Source: Blastocatellia bacterium
Lineage (GTDB): Bacteria; Acidobacteriota; Blastocatellia; UBA7656
NCBI GenBank assembly: GCA_963765495.1
Contig: CAVXWP010000015.1
Coordinates: 1-64,000 of the forward strand
DNA: 64,000 nt
Reading direction: 5' to 3'
The notes under the pieces were generated by a model. That model ran no database searches and was not told the DNA's origin. It saw nothing but the letters and a program-made list of their open reading frames with translations. The position numbers and the translations under genes are program-made. Positions 19,496-29,917 of the stretch are shown here, one piece after another (position 1 is the first letter of the stretch; the number at the start of each line of letters is the position of its first letter).

Positions 19496-21201
19496 TCTTA
19501 CTCAACATATCGAATTTTGCTCTCATAGAGAATTTGCAGGTCGAATTCGACCGGGGGCTTAACCTGTTGACGGGTGAAACCGGATCGGGCAAATCCATAC
19601 TCGTTGATGCGCTGGGTCTGTTGATCGGAGGCCGGTCCTCATCCGATTTGATCAAGGCGGGCCAGTCACGCGCATTCATCGAGGGGCTTTTTTCGGTGGG
19701 CCGGAATGCCGAACTCGAAGAGTTGCTCCTTTCGGCGGGCATCGCCTTTGACCCCAAACCGGAAAGCGAAATCCTGATCCGCCGCGAGCTTTCAACGGGC
19801 GGTCGCAACAAGATATTCATAAATCATCAGCTTGCCACTCAATCCTTGTTGCGTGATCTCAGACCTTTCCTCGTAGACATTCACGGCCAGGGCGATCAGC
19901 AGACTCTCTTCAATCCCGATACGCATCTCGAATTACTCGACGCATACGCGGGTGGCGCGGATCTCCGTCAGGAAGTCGCCCGCCTCTACAATTGCTGGAA
20001 TGCGCTCAGACGCGAGCTTGATGATCTCCGTCAGGACGAGGCCGAAAAATTTCAATTGATCGACATTCTGCGGTTTCAGATAGACGAGCTTGAGCGTGCC
20101 CATCTGGTCGCGGGCGAAGACGAGCAACTCGAAGAGGAACGGCGGCGATTGACCAATGTCGAAAAGCTCTCGGCGCTGTGTGCCGAAAGCTTCGGGCTGA
20201 CTTATGAGGACACCGATTCGGCCATCGCCCGCATAGGCCAGGCGACCCGACGAGTCGAAGAACTGGCCGATTACGAATCGAGCTTCCGCGGATATATCGA
20301 GGGCCTGAATACCGCTCGCGCCATGCTGGAAGACCTGGCATTTTCACTCCGAGATTTTGCCGACCGGCTGGAATATTCCCCTGAACGGCTGGCGGAAGTG
20401 GAGGCGAGGCTGGTGGAAATCTCGCGATTGAAGCGCAAGTACGGCGGGTCAATCGAATCTGCGCTCGAGCATCACGCGCGATCCGAAGAGCGATTGAACA
20501 ATATAGAAAAGTCCGACGAACGCGAAAGAGAACTCAATCGTGAACTTGCGCGTGCCTCGGCCAGTTATCTTGAAGCGGCGCGTCGCCTTCATCACGACCG
20601 GGTCAGCGCGGCAAAGTCCTTTGAACAGGAAATCGTGCGCGATATGGCCGAAGTCGCAATGGAAAGCGCACGGTTTCAGGTGCAGATTACTACCGATTCG
20701 GAGGAAGAACTGAACGTCTCAACTTCAAGTAGTTTTACGCCCAGAGGCATCGACAGGGTGGAGTTTTACTTTTCAGCAAACGTGGGCGAAGGAGTGCGCC
20801 CGCTTGCCAAAGTAGCTTCGGGCGGCGAAGCTTCGCGATTGATGCTCGTTCTCAAAACGATTGCCAACGCCTCGGAATTTCCGCGCACTATAGTCTTTGA
20901 CGAGATTGATACAGGCATAGGAGGGCGCGTATCTGAAGCGGTCGGGGTCAAGCTCAGGAAACTCTCTGAGACAAATCAGGTGCTGTGCGTCACCCATCAG
21001 CCGCAGATAGCCAGATTTGCGGATTCGCATTTGCTGGTTCGAAAAGAGGTCGTGGCCAATCGCACCGAGGTCTGTGTAGAAAAGCTCGACCGGCGAAGTC
21101 GCGTCGAAGAGATCGCCCGCATGCTTACGGGTGCCGAAATAACCGAGACCGCTCGCCGCCACGCCAGAGAAATGCTCAGGCCCGTGATACGTGATGCGTA
21201 A
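19489..21201 (+). CDS. recN: DNA repair protein RecN
   Basis: LTGETGSGKS, IHGQ, ASGGEASR, FDEIDTGIGG, VTHQPQIA. Confidence 0.97.
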   Translation: MLILLNISNFALIENLQVEFDRGLNLLTGETGSGKSILVDALGLLIGGRSSSDLIKAGQSRAFIEGLFSVGRNAELEELLLSAGIAFDPKPESEILIRRELSTGGRNKIFINHQLATQSLLRDLRPFLVDIHGQGDQQTLFNPDTHLELLDAYAGGADLRQEVARLYNCWNALRRELDDLRQDEAEKFQLIDILRFQIDELERAHLVAGEDEQLEEERRRLTNVEKLSALCAESFGLTYEDTDSAIARIGQATRRVEELADYESSFRGYIEGLNTARAMLEDLAFSLRDFADRLEYSPERLAEVEARLVEISRLKRKYGGSIESALEHHARSEERLNNIEKSDERERELNRELARASASYLEAARRLHHDRVSAAKSFEQEIVRDMAEVAMESARFQVQITTDSEEELNVSTSSSFTPRGIDRVEFYFSANVGEGVRPLAKVASGGEASRLMLVLKTIANASEFPRTIVFDEIDTGIGGRVSEAVGVKLRKLSETNQVLCVTHQPQIARFADSHLLVRKEVVANRTEVCVEKLDRRSRVEEIARMLTGAEITETARRHAREMLRPVIRDA

Positions 21202-21305
21202 TGCGCGATCCGTGAAAAGTGATGCGTGACTTTCAGGAAGGCCACGGTTAAAGATAAATCGCAAATCTGGCAAATCACGAATCACGAATCACGAATCACG
21301 TATCA
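21183..21305. repeat. GTGAT(T/G)C-heptamer inverted-repeat element (B2), overlapping the recN stop
   Basis: GTGATAC/GTGATGC arm and (GAATCAC)n arm; spacer nearly identical to B1. Confidence 0.85.
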
Positions 21306-21430
21306 GCGATATATACTTGAAACCTGCTGTCTCTGTGATAGACTAGCGCTTGTTGTTCTGAACGGATTCAAAGGGTGGCCCTACTATATTGAACGTATGA
21401 AAATAGATATTATCGGCTCTGGAGAGAAAG

Positions 21431-21811
21431 ATGGCAGACGATAAGGCTTTCGGCCTGGGCGAAGCGGAACGTCGCGAAGGCCAGGACCGCCGCAGGGAAG
21501 ACAGGCGCAAACAGGACCTCGGCCCATCGCCCGGTGCCCCTGAACGGCGTAGCGGAAATGACAGACGATTGTTTGACCGTCGCGCGCAGGGCAGCACTAC
21601 CGGGCAGTTGCTGGTTGAAGTAGGCCGCTTTGCTGCTGAGAACATGGCCTTTCGCCAGAAGAGCAACAAGGCTGCCGCCCGCCGCGCAAGGAAGCATCTG
21701 TCGCTGATAATGAAACTTGCAAAACAACGCCGCGCAGAGATCTCCGCCGAGGTCAAGAGCCTTTCTTCGGGTGATGACACGGATTCGGATGACGACGATG
21801 ATGATGATTAG
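21431..21811 (+). CDS. Small protein with ERRxxxDRR repeats, Hc1 (histone H1-like)-type helix and acidic tail
   Basis: ERREGQDRRREDRR, ERRSGNDRRLFDRR; SNKAAARRARKHL...KLAKQRRAEI; poly-Asp end; GGAG RBS. Confidence 0.65.
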   Translation: MADDKAFGLGEAERREGQDRRREDRRKQDLGPSPGAPERRSGNDRRLFDRRAQGSTTGQLLVEVGRFAAENMAFRQKSNKAAARRARKHLSLIMKLAKQRRAEISAEVKSLSSGDDTDSDDDDDDD

Positions 21812-21938
21812 CAGCGCGGCTCGGGTCTTGGATTTATAGCTCCGGCGTTCAAGAATATTTTTCGGCGGCGAGCGATGAGAATCGAACGGCTGATATTTCA
21901 TGTATAATTAGTATAATTAGCCTGGAAGAGGTGAAGAT

Positions 21939-22484
21939 ATGTCAGAGACTTCATGCTCGTACTGCGGTACCGTCCTTTATGAGAACTCCAGATACTGTCC
22001 GCGCTGCGGGGCTACAGCCGGGTGGACGCCCCCCTCGGCCGTCGGACCGCAAACGGCCTATCAGGAGCAACCCCGCGAGCAACCCCGTTATCAGGAGCCT
22101 CCTTATCAGCAACCTCCTCATCAGCAACCTCCTTATCAGCAACCCCCTTATCAGCAGCCATATCAACAGGCTCCCAACACGCAGCCTTATTACCAGCCGC
22201 CCGCCTATGCCGCCTCTCCGGCCATGACGCCGGTTTATGTAGAGCGAAAAGATAAGACGGTAGCTATCTTGCTGGCGATATTTCTGGGCGGGTGGACCTG
22301 GCTTTACACCTATAAGAAAGACTCGTGGAAATTCTGGCTCTCCTTCGCCCTCAACCTTACGCTCTTTAACCCTTTATGGACGTGGCTGTTATTGTTTATA
22401 CCAAACTTTGGCCTTCATATCTGGGCGATCATAGATGTAGCCGTCAAGCCGCAATACTACTATGATAATTTCCCGAACGCCTGA
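21939..22484 (+). CDS. Zinc-ribbon, Pro/Gln-rich, TM2-like membrane protein
   Basis: CSYC...CPRC; YQQPP repeats; KDKTVAILLAIFLG followed by TM helices. Confidence 0.8.
   Translation: MSETSCSYCGTVLYENSRYCPRCGATAGWTPPSAVGPQTAYQEQPREQPRYQEPPYQQPPHQQPPYQQPPYQQPYQQAPNTQPYYQPPAYAASPAMTPVYVERKDKTVAILLAIFLGGWTWLYTYKKDSWKFWLSFALNLTLFNPLWTWLLLFIPNFGLHIWAIIDVAVKPQYYYDNFPNA
22089..22169 (+). repeat. Coding 15-bp tandem repeat (YQQPP)
   Basis: (T/C)ATCAGCAACC(T/C)CCT-like units. Confidence 0.8.
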
Positions 22485-22558
22485 TGCCGATTGTGGTATC
22501 TGAGATCGGCAGGAGTGAAAGAGAGTTTAGCAAGCTGGACTTGCGATCCCCCCAGGTG

Positions 22559-22936
22559 TCAATTCTCGGCGCGCAACCTTGCTTCCAACTGACGGCGTAA
22601 GTCGTAGTATTCTTCGACCAGCCTGTTTAGCATCACGATAAACGGAATCTGTAAGGCAGCCGCATCGTCTGCGCGCCGCTCAAGATCGGAGGCTTCATCC
22701 GATCCCGGCTCGACTTTGTCGAGTTGCTCCATTATCTCGTGTACATTTTCGCCGCGCGGATGACGGTGATAACAATAACTGATAAGTGACAACGTCATGC
22801 CGTCTATGATTGTTTGCATCTGATCTGCGTCGTCAAGAGAAAAGCGCCTCATCAAAAAAGAGCTTTCAGGCGCTTCGGTAGCCCTGGCAAATTCAAGCAC
22901 TCTCTTTTGGAGACCATCTGGTGAGAGGTCGCTCAT
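22559..22936 (-). CDS. Hypothetical helical protein
   Basis: 125-aa ORF with ATG start filling the intergenic gap; no motif recognised. Confidence 0.65.
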   Translation of the reverse strand: MSDLSPDGLQKRVLEFARATEAPESSFLMRRFSLDDADQMQTIIDGMTLSLISYCYHRHPRGENVHEIMEQLDKVEPGSDEASDLERRADDAAALQIPFIVMLNRLVEEYYDLRRQLEARLRAEN

Positions 22937-22987
22937 ATAGATAAATATTTAACTGTCAGACCCGACGTTGTCAACCATAAGTTACTT

Positions 22988-23174
22988 GTGAAAGGTGATG
23001 CGTGAAGAGTGATTCGTGACTTTCAGAGAGGCCGCTGTGAAAGGCAATCTGCAAGGTCAGTAAATACCTTCGCCTCCGTATCTGAGATTTGGAAACTTCA
23101 TATCTCAGATCGGCAAGAGTGAAAGCAATCAAGTTCCGATAACGTAAATCACGCCTCACTCATTAGGAATCACG
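22988..23174. repeat. Degenerate B-family element (B3) with nested GATTTGA-family mini-palindrome at 23080-23110
   Basis: GTGATGCGTGAAGAGTGATTCGTGACTTTCAG arm; AAATCACGCCTCAC...GAATCACG arm; ATCTGAGATT...TATCTCAGAT inside. Confidence 0.7.
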
Positions 23175-23195
23175 CACGAAACGCTGGACACAGTT

Positions 23196-25994
23196 ATGAT
23201 CGAGCCAAATCTGTTGCCTCGCCATCAGCCCTTTGTCTATCTGACGGCCGCGCTCGGTCTGGGGATCGTTACGGACAGGTGGATTGAGCCTGCGCCGAGA
23301 GTGATCTCCGTCATGGTTTTTCTATCAATCCTGCTCTCGATCAAATTCGTTCTGAGCAGGAAAGGCGGGGGCGCGACCTTTGTTCTGCTGATAGGATTTG
23401 CCTCGGTTGGCGCGCTACTCTCTCTGGCCGAAAGGGCCTCGGTTGATGATGCGAGGCTGACGCGACTCTATGATGCGGGCCGGATAAACCCCGACGACCC
23501 GGTAGAATTGACCGGGCGACTACGGCTTCCGCCTGAGCCGCTTCCGGGTGCCTTGTATCTCGATGTTGACGCTGAGAGCCTGCGCGTACGGGGGAGGGTC
23601 ATCCCTGCAAAAGGATGCGCGAGATTATTGCTTGCAATCACTGACTCGGAAGCGGCCAGTGAGTTTGCCGGGCTCGGGCTCGATATAGGCTCTCCGATCA
23701 GAGTGCTGGTCAGGCTTACGCGGGCGCGTCAATACAACAACCCCGGCTCGCCTGACTTCAACGAATTCCTCGAACGCGGTGGTTATGATCTGAAAGGGAC
23801 GATCAAAAGCCCCCTGCTCATCGAGCGGGCGGGCAAGGGCGAGGCGAATCGAGCGCTGGCTGCCATCTATCATGCGCGCTTGAATTTGATGAGCGCGATA
23901 GACAACCAATTCAGCCCTGCCGTAGCAGGCACGCTGAAAGCCATGCTGATGGGCAATCGATATTTTCTGGATCAGCAAGCTATGGCGCGTCTCAGACAAG
24001 GGGCGGTATTTCATGTCCTGGCGATCTCAGGGATGCACATAGGCATAATCGCGTGGGTGCTTCTGGGCAGAGGAACACGGCGCAGGAGGCGACGAGGGGC
24101 GCGATTGATTTTTTCATTGTCTGGGCTCTGGGTCTACGCTCTTATGGTAGGTCTTGCGCCGCCTGTCACCCGCGCTACGGTTATGATTACAATCGGGCTG
24201 ATAGGTCCGATTCTTTTTCGTCGGGTCGCTTCGATCAACACCGTGGCGCTGGCGGCCTTCCTTATGCTCTCGCTGAAACCGGCTCTGGTAGCCGATCCCG
24301 GGTTTCAGTTGAGTTTTATCGCTGTCGCCGCCGTAGTTGCGCTCGCGCTGCCGCTTGCCGGAAAGCTCCGCGCCGTAGGAGAGTGGAGACCGAGCGCGAG
24401 AACGCCTCACCCGCCTGCCTGCTCACGCGCTGTCAGGTTTCTGGCGGAGTCTCTTTTCTGGAACGAGCGTGATTTCAATCAACAGATGCGCCGCTCGCAC
24501 GTGCGGTTTTATCTGGATAAATCTCAGACGGCTTGCCTGCTTAACCGGGCGCGAGTGCAGCCGGTCCTGAGAGGCGTTGCTCTGCTTGTGATGACCTCGA
24601 CCGCGATACAACTTTCTACGCTTCCACTGATGATCCTCTACTTCAACCGCGTAGCGCCAATTGGAATCCTGTTGAACATAATCTCCGGGTTGCTTGTGGC
24701 AGTGCTGATGTTGACATCGCTTGCGGCCTTAGCGGCTGGAGCCATTCACTACGGATGGCTTTCAGGCGCGTGGGTTGCCGCAAAACTCGGAAGCGTAGTC
24801 ACGGCTGCTCACTACCTGCTTGTTAACGCAATAGTGCCCTTTGCTGATCTGCCTTTTGCCACCTTTCGCGTCCCGCATTACGAAGGCCGACAGCAGATAA
24901 TCTACGCCGTCTATTTCGCCCCCCTCGTTTTACTGTCTATCTTGATAGACCGATGGCAGCCGGTTGAGCTAAAGGGTGCCGGTAAGCAGACAGCCGGGAG
25001 GGCTTCGAGAAATTACTTTGCAGATCAAGCAGGTGCCGGGAAATCAGTTCGACCCGACCCCCTCTTCCTGTGCGGCGTGGCTCTGCTTGTGTGTGGTGTG
25101 GCGGTGATGCGGCCTCTGGCCGATCCGGCAAACGGCAGGCTGACGATCTATTTTCTCGATGTGGGGCAGGGAGATTCGGCGCTCGTAGTCTTTCCGCGTG
25201 GCTCTACGATGTTGATAGATGCAGGAGGCGAACCCGATTTCAATCATCGAAATAAAGGCGACCCTGATGATGGGGGGGAGACTGAATCCGAATTCAAGAC
25301 AGGCGCTTTCTCGATAGGCGAGGCAATAGTTTCGCGTTTCCTGTGGTCGCTCGGTCTTACGCGCATTGATTATATAGTTGCTACTCACGCGGATGCCGAC
25401 CACATTGAGGGGTTTTCGGATGTGATCGAAAACTTTCAAATAGGGCAGGCCACTGTGGGGCGTGTGCCTGCGCGTGATGCCGAATATAATCGCTTTGCCA
25501 GAGCGGTCTCGCATCACGCCATACCTATGACAGTGGTAAAGGCGGGCGAAAGCTTCGAACTTGAGGGCGTCCGCATAGAGGTACTCTGGCCAAAGGACGA
25601 AGCAAGTTCTGTTGCCACCAGCGGCAATAATGACTCCATCGTCTTGCGTCTTATTTACGGCTCGGTTTCGCTATTGCTTACCGGCGACATCGAGCGGCCC
25701 ACCGAAGAGGTGCTGATTCAATCAGGCTGTGATTTGCAGGCCGACCTGTTAAAGGTGGCGCACCACGGTTCCAGAACCTCATCTTCGGAAGCCTTTCTCG
25801 GTCGTGTGCGCCCGCGCCTTGCGGTGATATCGGTGGGCGAGCGAAGCCGCTTCGGCCATCCTCACCCGGATGTTGTCTCTCGCTTCGCCGAGCGGGGCAT
25901 AAGGCTTCTTCAAACCGGACGCGACGGCATGATTTGCGCTCAGACCGACGGGGCGACTCTCTCCATTAATACATACAGGGCTGCCGGTCGATAG
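23196..25994 (+). CDS. comEC: ComEC/Rec2 DNA uptake protein with metallo-beta-lactamase domain
   Basis: HVLAISGMHIG, GFQLSF, FLDVGQGDS, THADADH, KVAHHGSRTS, FGHPH. Confidence 0.95.
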   Translation: MIEPNLLPRHQPFVYLTAALGLGIVTDRWIEPAPRVISVMVFLSILLSIKFVLSRKGGGATFVLLIGFASVGALLSLAERASVDDARLTRLYDAGRINPDDPVELTGRLRLPPEPLPGALYLDVDAESLRVRGRVIPAKGCARLLLAITDSEAASEFAGLGLDIGSPIRVLVRLTRARQYNNPGSPDFNEFLERGGYDLKGTIKSPLLIERAGKGEANRALAAIYHARLNLMSAIDNQFSPAVAGTLKAMLMGNRYFLDQQAMARLRQGAVFHVLAISGMHIGIIAWVLLGRGTRRRRRRGARLIFSLSGLWVYALMVGLAPPVTRATVMITIGLIGPILFRRVASINTVALAAFLMLSLKPALVADPGFQLSFIAVAAVVALALPLAGKLRAVGEWRPSARTPHPPACSRAVRFLAESLFWNERDFNQQMRRSHVRFYLDKSQTACLLNRARVQPVLRGVALLVMTSTAIQLSTLPLMILYFNRVAPIGILLNIISGLLVAVLMLTSLAALAAGAIHYGWLSGAWVAAKLGSVVTAAHYLLVNAIVPFADLPFATFRVPHYEGRQQIIYAVYFAPLVLLSILIDRWQPVELKGAGKQTAGRASRNYFADQAGAGKSVRPDPLFLCGVALLVCGVAVMRPLADPANGRLTIYFLDVGQGDSALVVFPRGSTMLIDAGGEPDFNHRNKGDPDDGGETESEFKTGAFSIGEAIVSRFLWSLGLTRIDYIVATHADADHIEGFSDVIENFQIGQATVGRVPARDAEYNRFARAVSHHAIPMTVVKAGESFELEGVRIEVLWPKDEASSVATSGNNDSIVLRLIYGSVSLLLTGDIERPTEEVLIQSGCDLQADLLKVAHHGSRTSSSEAFLGRVRPRLAVISVGERSRFGHPHPDVVSRFAERGIRLLQTGRDGMICAQTDGATLSINTYRAAGR

Positions 25995-26257
25995 TTTTTG
26001 CGTAGATAAGTCAGCCCTGTATGTGCCATTTTCTCTTTGAACTGATAGCGTACGTTGAGGACATTTTGTTGACCTCTAAGAGTACAAATTGCCGCAGCGA
26101 TCTGTCAGCAACTCTCATTAAATGTGTGACTTATAGAAACGCCGGGACAAGCGTTTGTGAATAATGGAAACGTTGGTGTGCCAGTATTGTTTGAATGCAG
26201 GCAAGACCGAAGCGCAAATGGGATGATGGATTGTCGAACAGACGGATGAGCTATAGT

Positions 26258-26273
26258 TGGCACACTGCTTGCC
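26258..26273 (+). promoter_or_regulatory. sigma54 (-24/-12) promoter
   Basis: TGGCACACTGCTTGCC, GG-N10-GC, about 77 bp before ATG 26350. Confidence 0.7.
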
Positions 26274-26349
26274 GAATAGTCGTGCAGCCAGAGCTTGTAA
26301 GTGATTAAAATTTTCCGTCGGTGTGGGGAGGCGGACAAGGGGACTGGAA

Positions 26350-27495
26350 ATGGTAGCTCAACTTAATTATTTCACGAGTAATAACAACTCATCCGATAAC
26401 GACGACTACATGGTGCTCGACCACACGGTCAAATCCGAAGATGCGTTGAGCTTTGAGCAACAACTGCTTTCGCGTGTTGTCGGACAGGATCAAGCCGTGC
26501 AGACACTCGCTCAGTTATATCAGGTGTATCAGGCGGGTTTGAATATCCCGGGGCGACCGATTGGGACGCTCCTGTTTTTAGGGCCGACCGGAACCGGGAA
26601 GACAAGATCGGTCGAAGCGGCAGCCGAAGTATTATTTGGCAATCAAAATGCCTTTATAAGAGTCGATTGTGCCGAGTTTCAACATTCGCACGAGATCGCC
26701 AAACTTATTGGCTCGCCTCCGGGCTATCTCGGGCATCGAGAGACTCCGCCGATTTTGACTCAAGAGCATATTAACAGCTATCATACGGATCGCGTGAAAT
26801 TGACGCTGGTGCTTTTCGATGAAATAGAGAAGGCATCCGATGCGTTATGGCAACTCCTGCTCGGCGTTCTCGACAAGGCTACGCTGACGCTTGGCGACAA
26901 TCGCCGCGTCGATTTTTCGCGCACTATAGTCGTGATGACCTCGAATTTAGGCGCGCGCGAAATGGAGAAGCTCACAGAGACGAAACTCGGTTTTTCCATA
27001 ACCTGTGAGCCTCCGAAAGTAATGGACACTCATCTGAGCCGCGTAGGAGTGGATGCGGCGCGCAAGAAGTTCTCGCCCGAATTCATGAATCGCATAGATA
27101 AGGTAGTGGTCTTCAAGCAACTCACTCACGAATCGATGCAACATATACTCGAACTTGAGTTACAGGCAGTTCAACGCAGGGTTCTTACGGTCAGCGGAGG
27201 CCGCTTCATATTGCGATATACCGACACCTCTAAAGAGTTTCTGCTCGCCGAGGGCACGAACGCCAGGTACGGGGCGCGCCCGCTCAAGCGAACCATAGAG
27301 CGTTTCGTCGTGCTGCCGTTGTCGAACCTGATCGCAACCCGGCAGATAAGCGAGGGCGACATAATCAGAATAGACCTTGCCAAAGACGAACAGAGCCTTA
27401 TCTTCATGAAACAGAATGTGACGAACATTTTTGCAGGCAGATATGAATCTCCATTTGGACGCAGATCAGGGATACGTCCGGTGAAGTCATATTGA
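26350..27495 (+). CDS. Stand-alone ClpA/B-type D2 AAA+ ATPase
   Basis: VVGQD, GPTGTGKT, LIGSPPGYLG, LFDEIEKA, MTSN, PEFMNRID, YGARPLKR; no N, D1 or M domains. Confidence 0.88.
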   Translation: MVAQLNYFTSNNNSSDNDDYMVLDHTVKSEDALSFEQQLLSRVVGQDQAVQTLAQLYQVYQAGLNIPGRPIGTLLFLGPTGTGKTRSVEAAAEVLFGNQNAFIRVDCAEFQHSHEIAKLIGSPPGYLGHRETPPILTQEHINSYHTDRVKLTLVLFDEIEKASDALWQLLLGVLDKATLTLGDNRRVDFSRTIVVMTSNLGAREMEKLTETKLGFSITCEPPKVMDTHLSRVGVDAARKKFSPEFMNRIDKVVVFKQLTHESMQHILELELQAVQRRVLTVSGGRFILRYTDTSKEFLLAEGTNARYGARPLKRTIERFVVLPLSNLIATRQISEGDIIRIDLAKDEQSLIFMKQNVTNIFAGRYESPFGRRSGIRPVKSY

Positions 27496-27545
27496 TCCTG
27501 TCAAAGAGAGTCTAGTTTTATCAAAGCAGGAAACAGGAGAAGACT

Positions 27546-27980
27546 ATGAATGATACTGCGAGCCTCCAGGAGAGGGGCGAAATTCAGCCTACGCTCTTGA
27601 TCATTGACGATGATGCCGAATGGACAGAATTGCTGAGATCCTATTTTTTAGATAAGTATCAGGTGCGTGTGGCTAACTTTGCGGGCGATGCATTAGAGAT
27701 TGTCCACAATGAAAAACCGAGCGTTATCATAGTTGATCTTGTCATGCCTTCTATAGATGGTTTCGGAGTCATTCACCGCTTAAACGACAAGAACCAGGTT
27801 CCAATACCAACGATATTATTGACGGGATGGAACACATCAGAGGTCGAAGCGTGCGCAAAAGCCGCCGGTTTTGCCGCCGTCGTAGGCAAGCCCGTGTCGC
27901 TCTCTACTCTTGATGAACTTGTGTCATTAGTTATGAGCGGGTTGCCGGTCAGATCGAAGGGACCCGCGATTGTACACTGA
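27546..27980 (+). CDS. Single-domain response regulator
   Basis: IIDDD, VDLVMP, LLTG, GKP; AGGAG RBS. Confidence 0.9.
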   Translation: MNDTASLQERGEIQPTLLIIDDDAEWTELLRSYFLDKYQVRVANFAGDALEIVHNEKPSVIIVDLVMPSIDGFGVIHRLNDKNQVPIPTILLTGWNTSEVEACAKAAGFAAVVGKPVSLSTLDELVSLVMSGLPVRSKGPAIVH

Positions 27981-27995
27981 TAAGCGCGAGTAATT

Positions 27996-28031
27996 ATCTG
28001 AGATTGAGAACTGAGATTTCAAATCTCGGAT
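27996..28031. repeat. GATTTGA/TCAAATC-family short palindromic repeat between convergent genes
   Basis: ATCTGAGATT...AATCTCGGAT. Confidence 0.6.
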
Positions 28032-28036
28032 TGTAT

Positions 28037-29917
28037 TTAATCGTCAGCGATGCTTTCAGCAAAGGTTTGCTTGAAATCCTGGTAAAACTGCAACTGATAG
28101 AGCGTCCAGTAAAGCCCACGCAGAGCAAGTAAGGTTTGATGCGTACCCATCTCGCGTATCTCGCCCTTATGCATCACGATGATCTTATCCACCGATTGGA
28201 TTGTAGAGAGCCTGTGCGCGATCACAAGCGATGTGCGATTTTCCATCAATCGTTCCACGGCGTCGCGGATCAATATCTCGGTTTCGGTATCAATCGAGCT
28301 TGTGGCTTCGTCGAGTACAAGCACACTTGGGTCGAAAGCAAGCGCCCGCGCAAAACTGATCAGTTGTTTCTGGCCTACCGACAGCCCTGCCCCGCGCTCG
28401 CGCAATTCCGAACCGTAACCTTCGGGCAATCTCTGAATAAAATCATGGGCGTGAACTTCTCGCGCAGCCTGTTGCAGTTGCTCATCACTTATCGCGGTAT
28501 TGCCGAGGCGAATGTTTCCGGCTATGTCGCCTGAAAAGAGAAATACGTCCTGTAGCACTATGGAAAATTGCGAGCGCAACTCCGCAAGGTCCATTTCACG
28601 GATGTTCACGCCGTCGAGCAGAATCTCTCCGCGCTGCACATCATAAAATCTCAACAAGAGGTTTGTGATCGTAGTCTTGCCCGCGCCCGTATGCCCCACA
28701 AAGGCAACGCGCTCGCCAGGCTCGACCACAAACGACACGTCTTTCAAAATCCAGTCTTCGCCCTTGTAGGCGAACCAGACGTTGCGAAACTCTATCTGCC
28801 CGCGCGCGCGCCCTATGTGGACGGGTTTTTCAGGGGGCTTGATCGAGACCGGCTCATCCATCAGCTTAAAGATTCGCTCGGATGATGCCATCGCCGCTTG
28901 CAGGATGTTGTATTTCTCGCTGATGTCGGAGATAGGCTCATAAAACGAGCGCGCCAGTTGAATAAACGCCACAAGCGTGCCTATGGTGGCGACGCCCTGA
29001 ACCACCTGCCCGCCGCCGTACCATATAATCAGGGCTATACCGAGCGAGCCTATGAGTTCGACCGCCGGGTAGAAGACCGCGTAATAAAAGATCGTATCAA
29101 TGTTGGCCTTTCGATGCGCGTTGTTTATCTGGTCGAACTGGCGCATCTCTTTCTCTTCGCGGTTGAACAACTGCACGACGGGCATGCCTGTGATGTGTTC
29201 TTGAAGGAAAGCGTTTATGCGCGCGATGCGCACCCTGACTTCGCGAAAGGAGGAACGCGCCCCCAATCGGAACCAGACCGTCAGCACGGCAAGCAACGGG
29301 AGTATGGCGAAAGAGACCAGCGCAAGTCTCCAGTTGACCTGAAACATAAAGATGACGATGTAGAAGATCATCGCCACATCGCCAAAGACGGCGATAACGC
29401 CCGCCGTGAACATCTCGTTGAGCGCATCGACATCGGTCGTAAGGCGAGTCATCAAACGGCCCACGGGGTTGCGGTCATAGAACTGGACCTGAAGCCTTTG
29501 CAGGTGGGCGAATACCTGTTTTCTGAGGTCGTACATTATGTACTGACCCATCGCCTGCATCACTATTGCCTGTGTGTATTGCACTAAGAAGGCCGCGATG
29601 TTTGCGAGCAAAAAGACTAGGGCGATAAATGCGATGCCCCGATAAGGGCTGCCGCCGAATCCGAACCAGTCGGCTGCATTTTTGAGAAAGAGAGCAAACC
29701 CCGTGATGGGCTTTGTGGGATCGGGCGCGAGGAATAAGTCTATAGCCGCCTTTGTAAGAGGCGGCCCCGCAAGCACAAGCGGCGCGCTCAAAATCGTGAG
29801 CACGACCGCCGTGACCGCATACAGTTTATAAGGCCACAGATACTTGAGCAGCCGCCGCATCAAGCGCGCGTCATAGGCTTTGCCCAATACTTCTTCTTCG
29901 TGGTGCGAATCTGCCAT
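28037..29917 (-). CDS. ABC exporter half-transporter (TMD+NBD), subunit B of a heterodimer
   Basis: GHTGAGKT, degenerate LSVGQKQ signature, LDEATS, AHRLST. Confidence 0.93.
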   Translation of the reverse strand: MADSHHEEEVLGKAYDARLMRRLLKYLWPYKLYAVTAVVLTILSAPLVLAGPPLTKAAIDLFLAPDPTKPITGFALFLKNAADWFGFGGSPYRGIAFIALVFLLANIAAFLVQYTQAIVMQAMGQYIMYDLRKQVFAHLQRLQVQFYDRNPVGRLMTRLTTDVDALNEMFTAGVIAVFGDVAMIFYIVIFMFQVNWRLALVSFAILPLLAVLTVWFRLGARSSFREVRVRIARINAFLQEHITGMPVVQLFNREEKEMRQFDQINNAHRKANIDTIFYYAVFYPAVELIGSLGIALIIWYGGGQVVQGVATIGTLVAFIQLARSFYEPISDISEKYNILQAAMASSERIFKLMDEPVSIKPPEKPVHIGRARGQIEFRNVWFAYKGEDWILKDVSFVVEPGERVAFVGHTGAGKTTITNLLLRFYDVQRGEILLDGVNIREMDLAELRSQFSIVLQDVFLFSGDIAGNIRLGNTAISDEQLQQAAREVHAHDFIQRLPEGYGSELRERGAGLSVGQKQLISFARALAFDPSVLVLDEATSSIDTETEILIRDAVERLMENRTSLVIAHRLSTIQSVDKIIVMHKGEIREMGTHQTLLALRGLYWTLYQLQFYQDFKQTFAESIADD

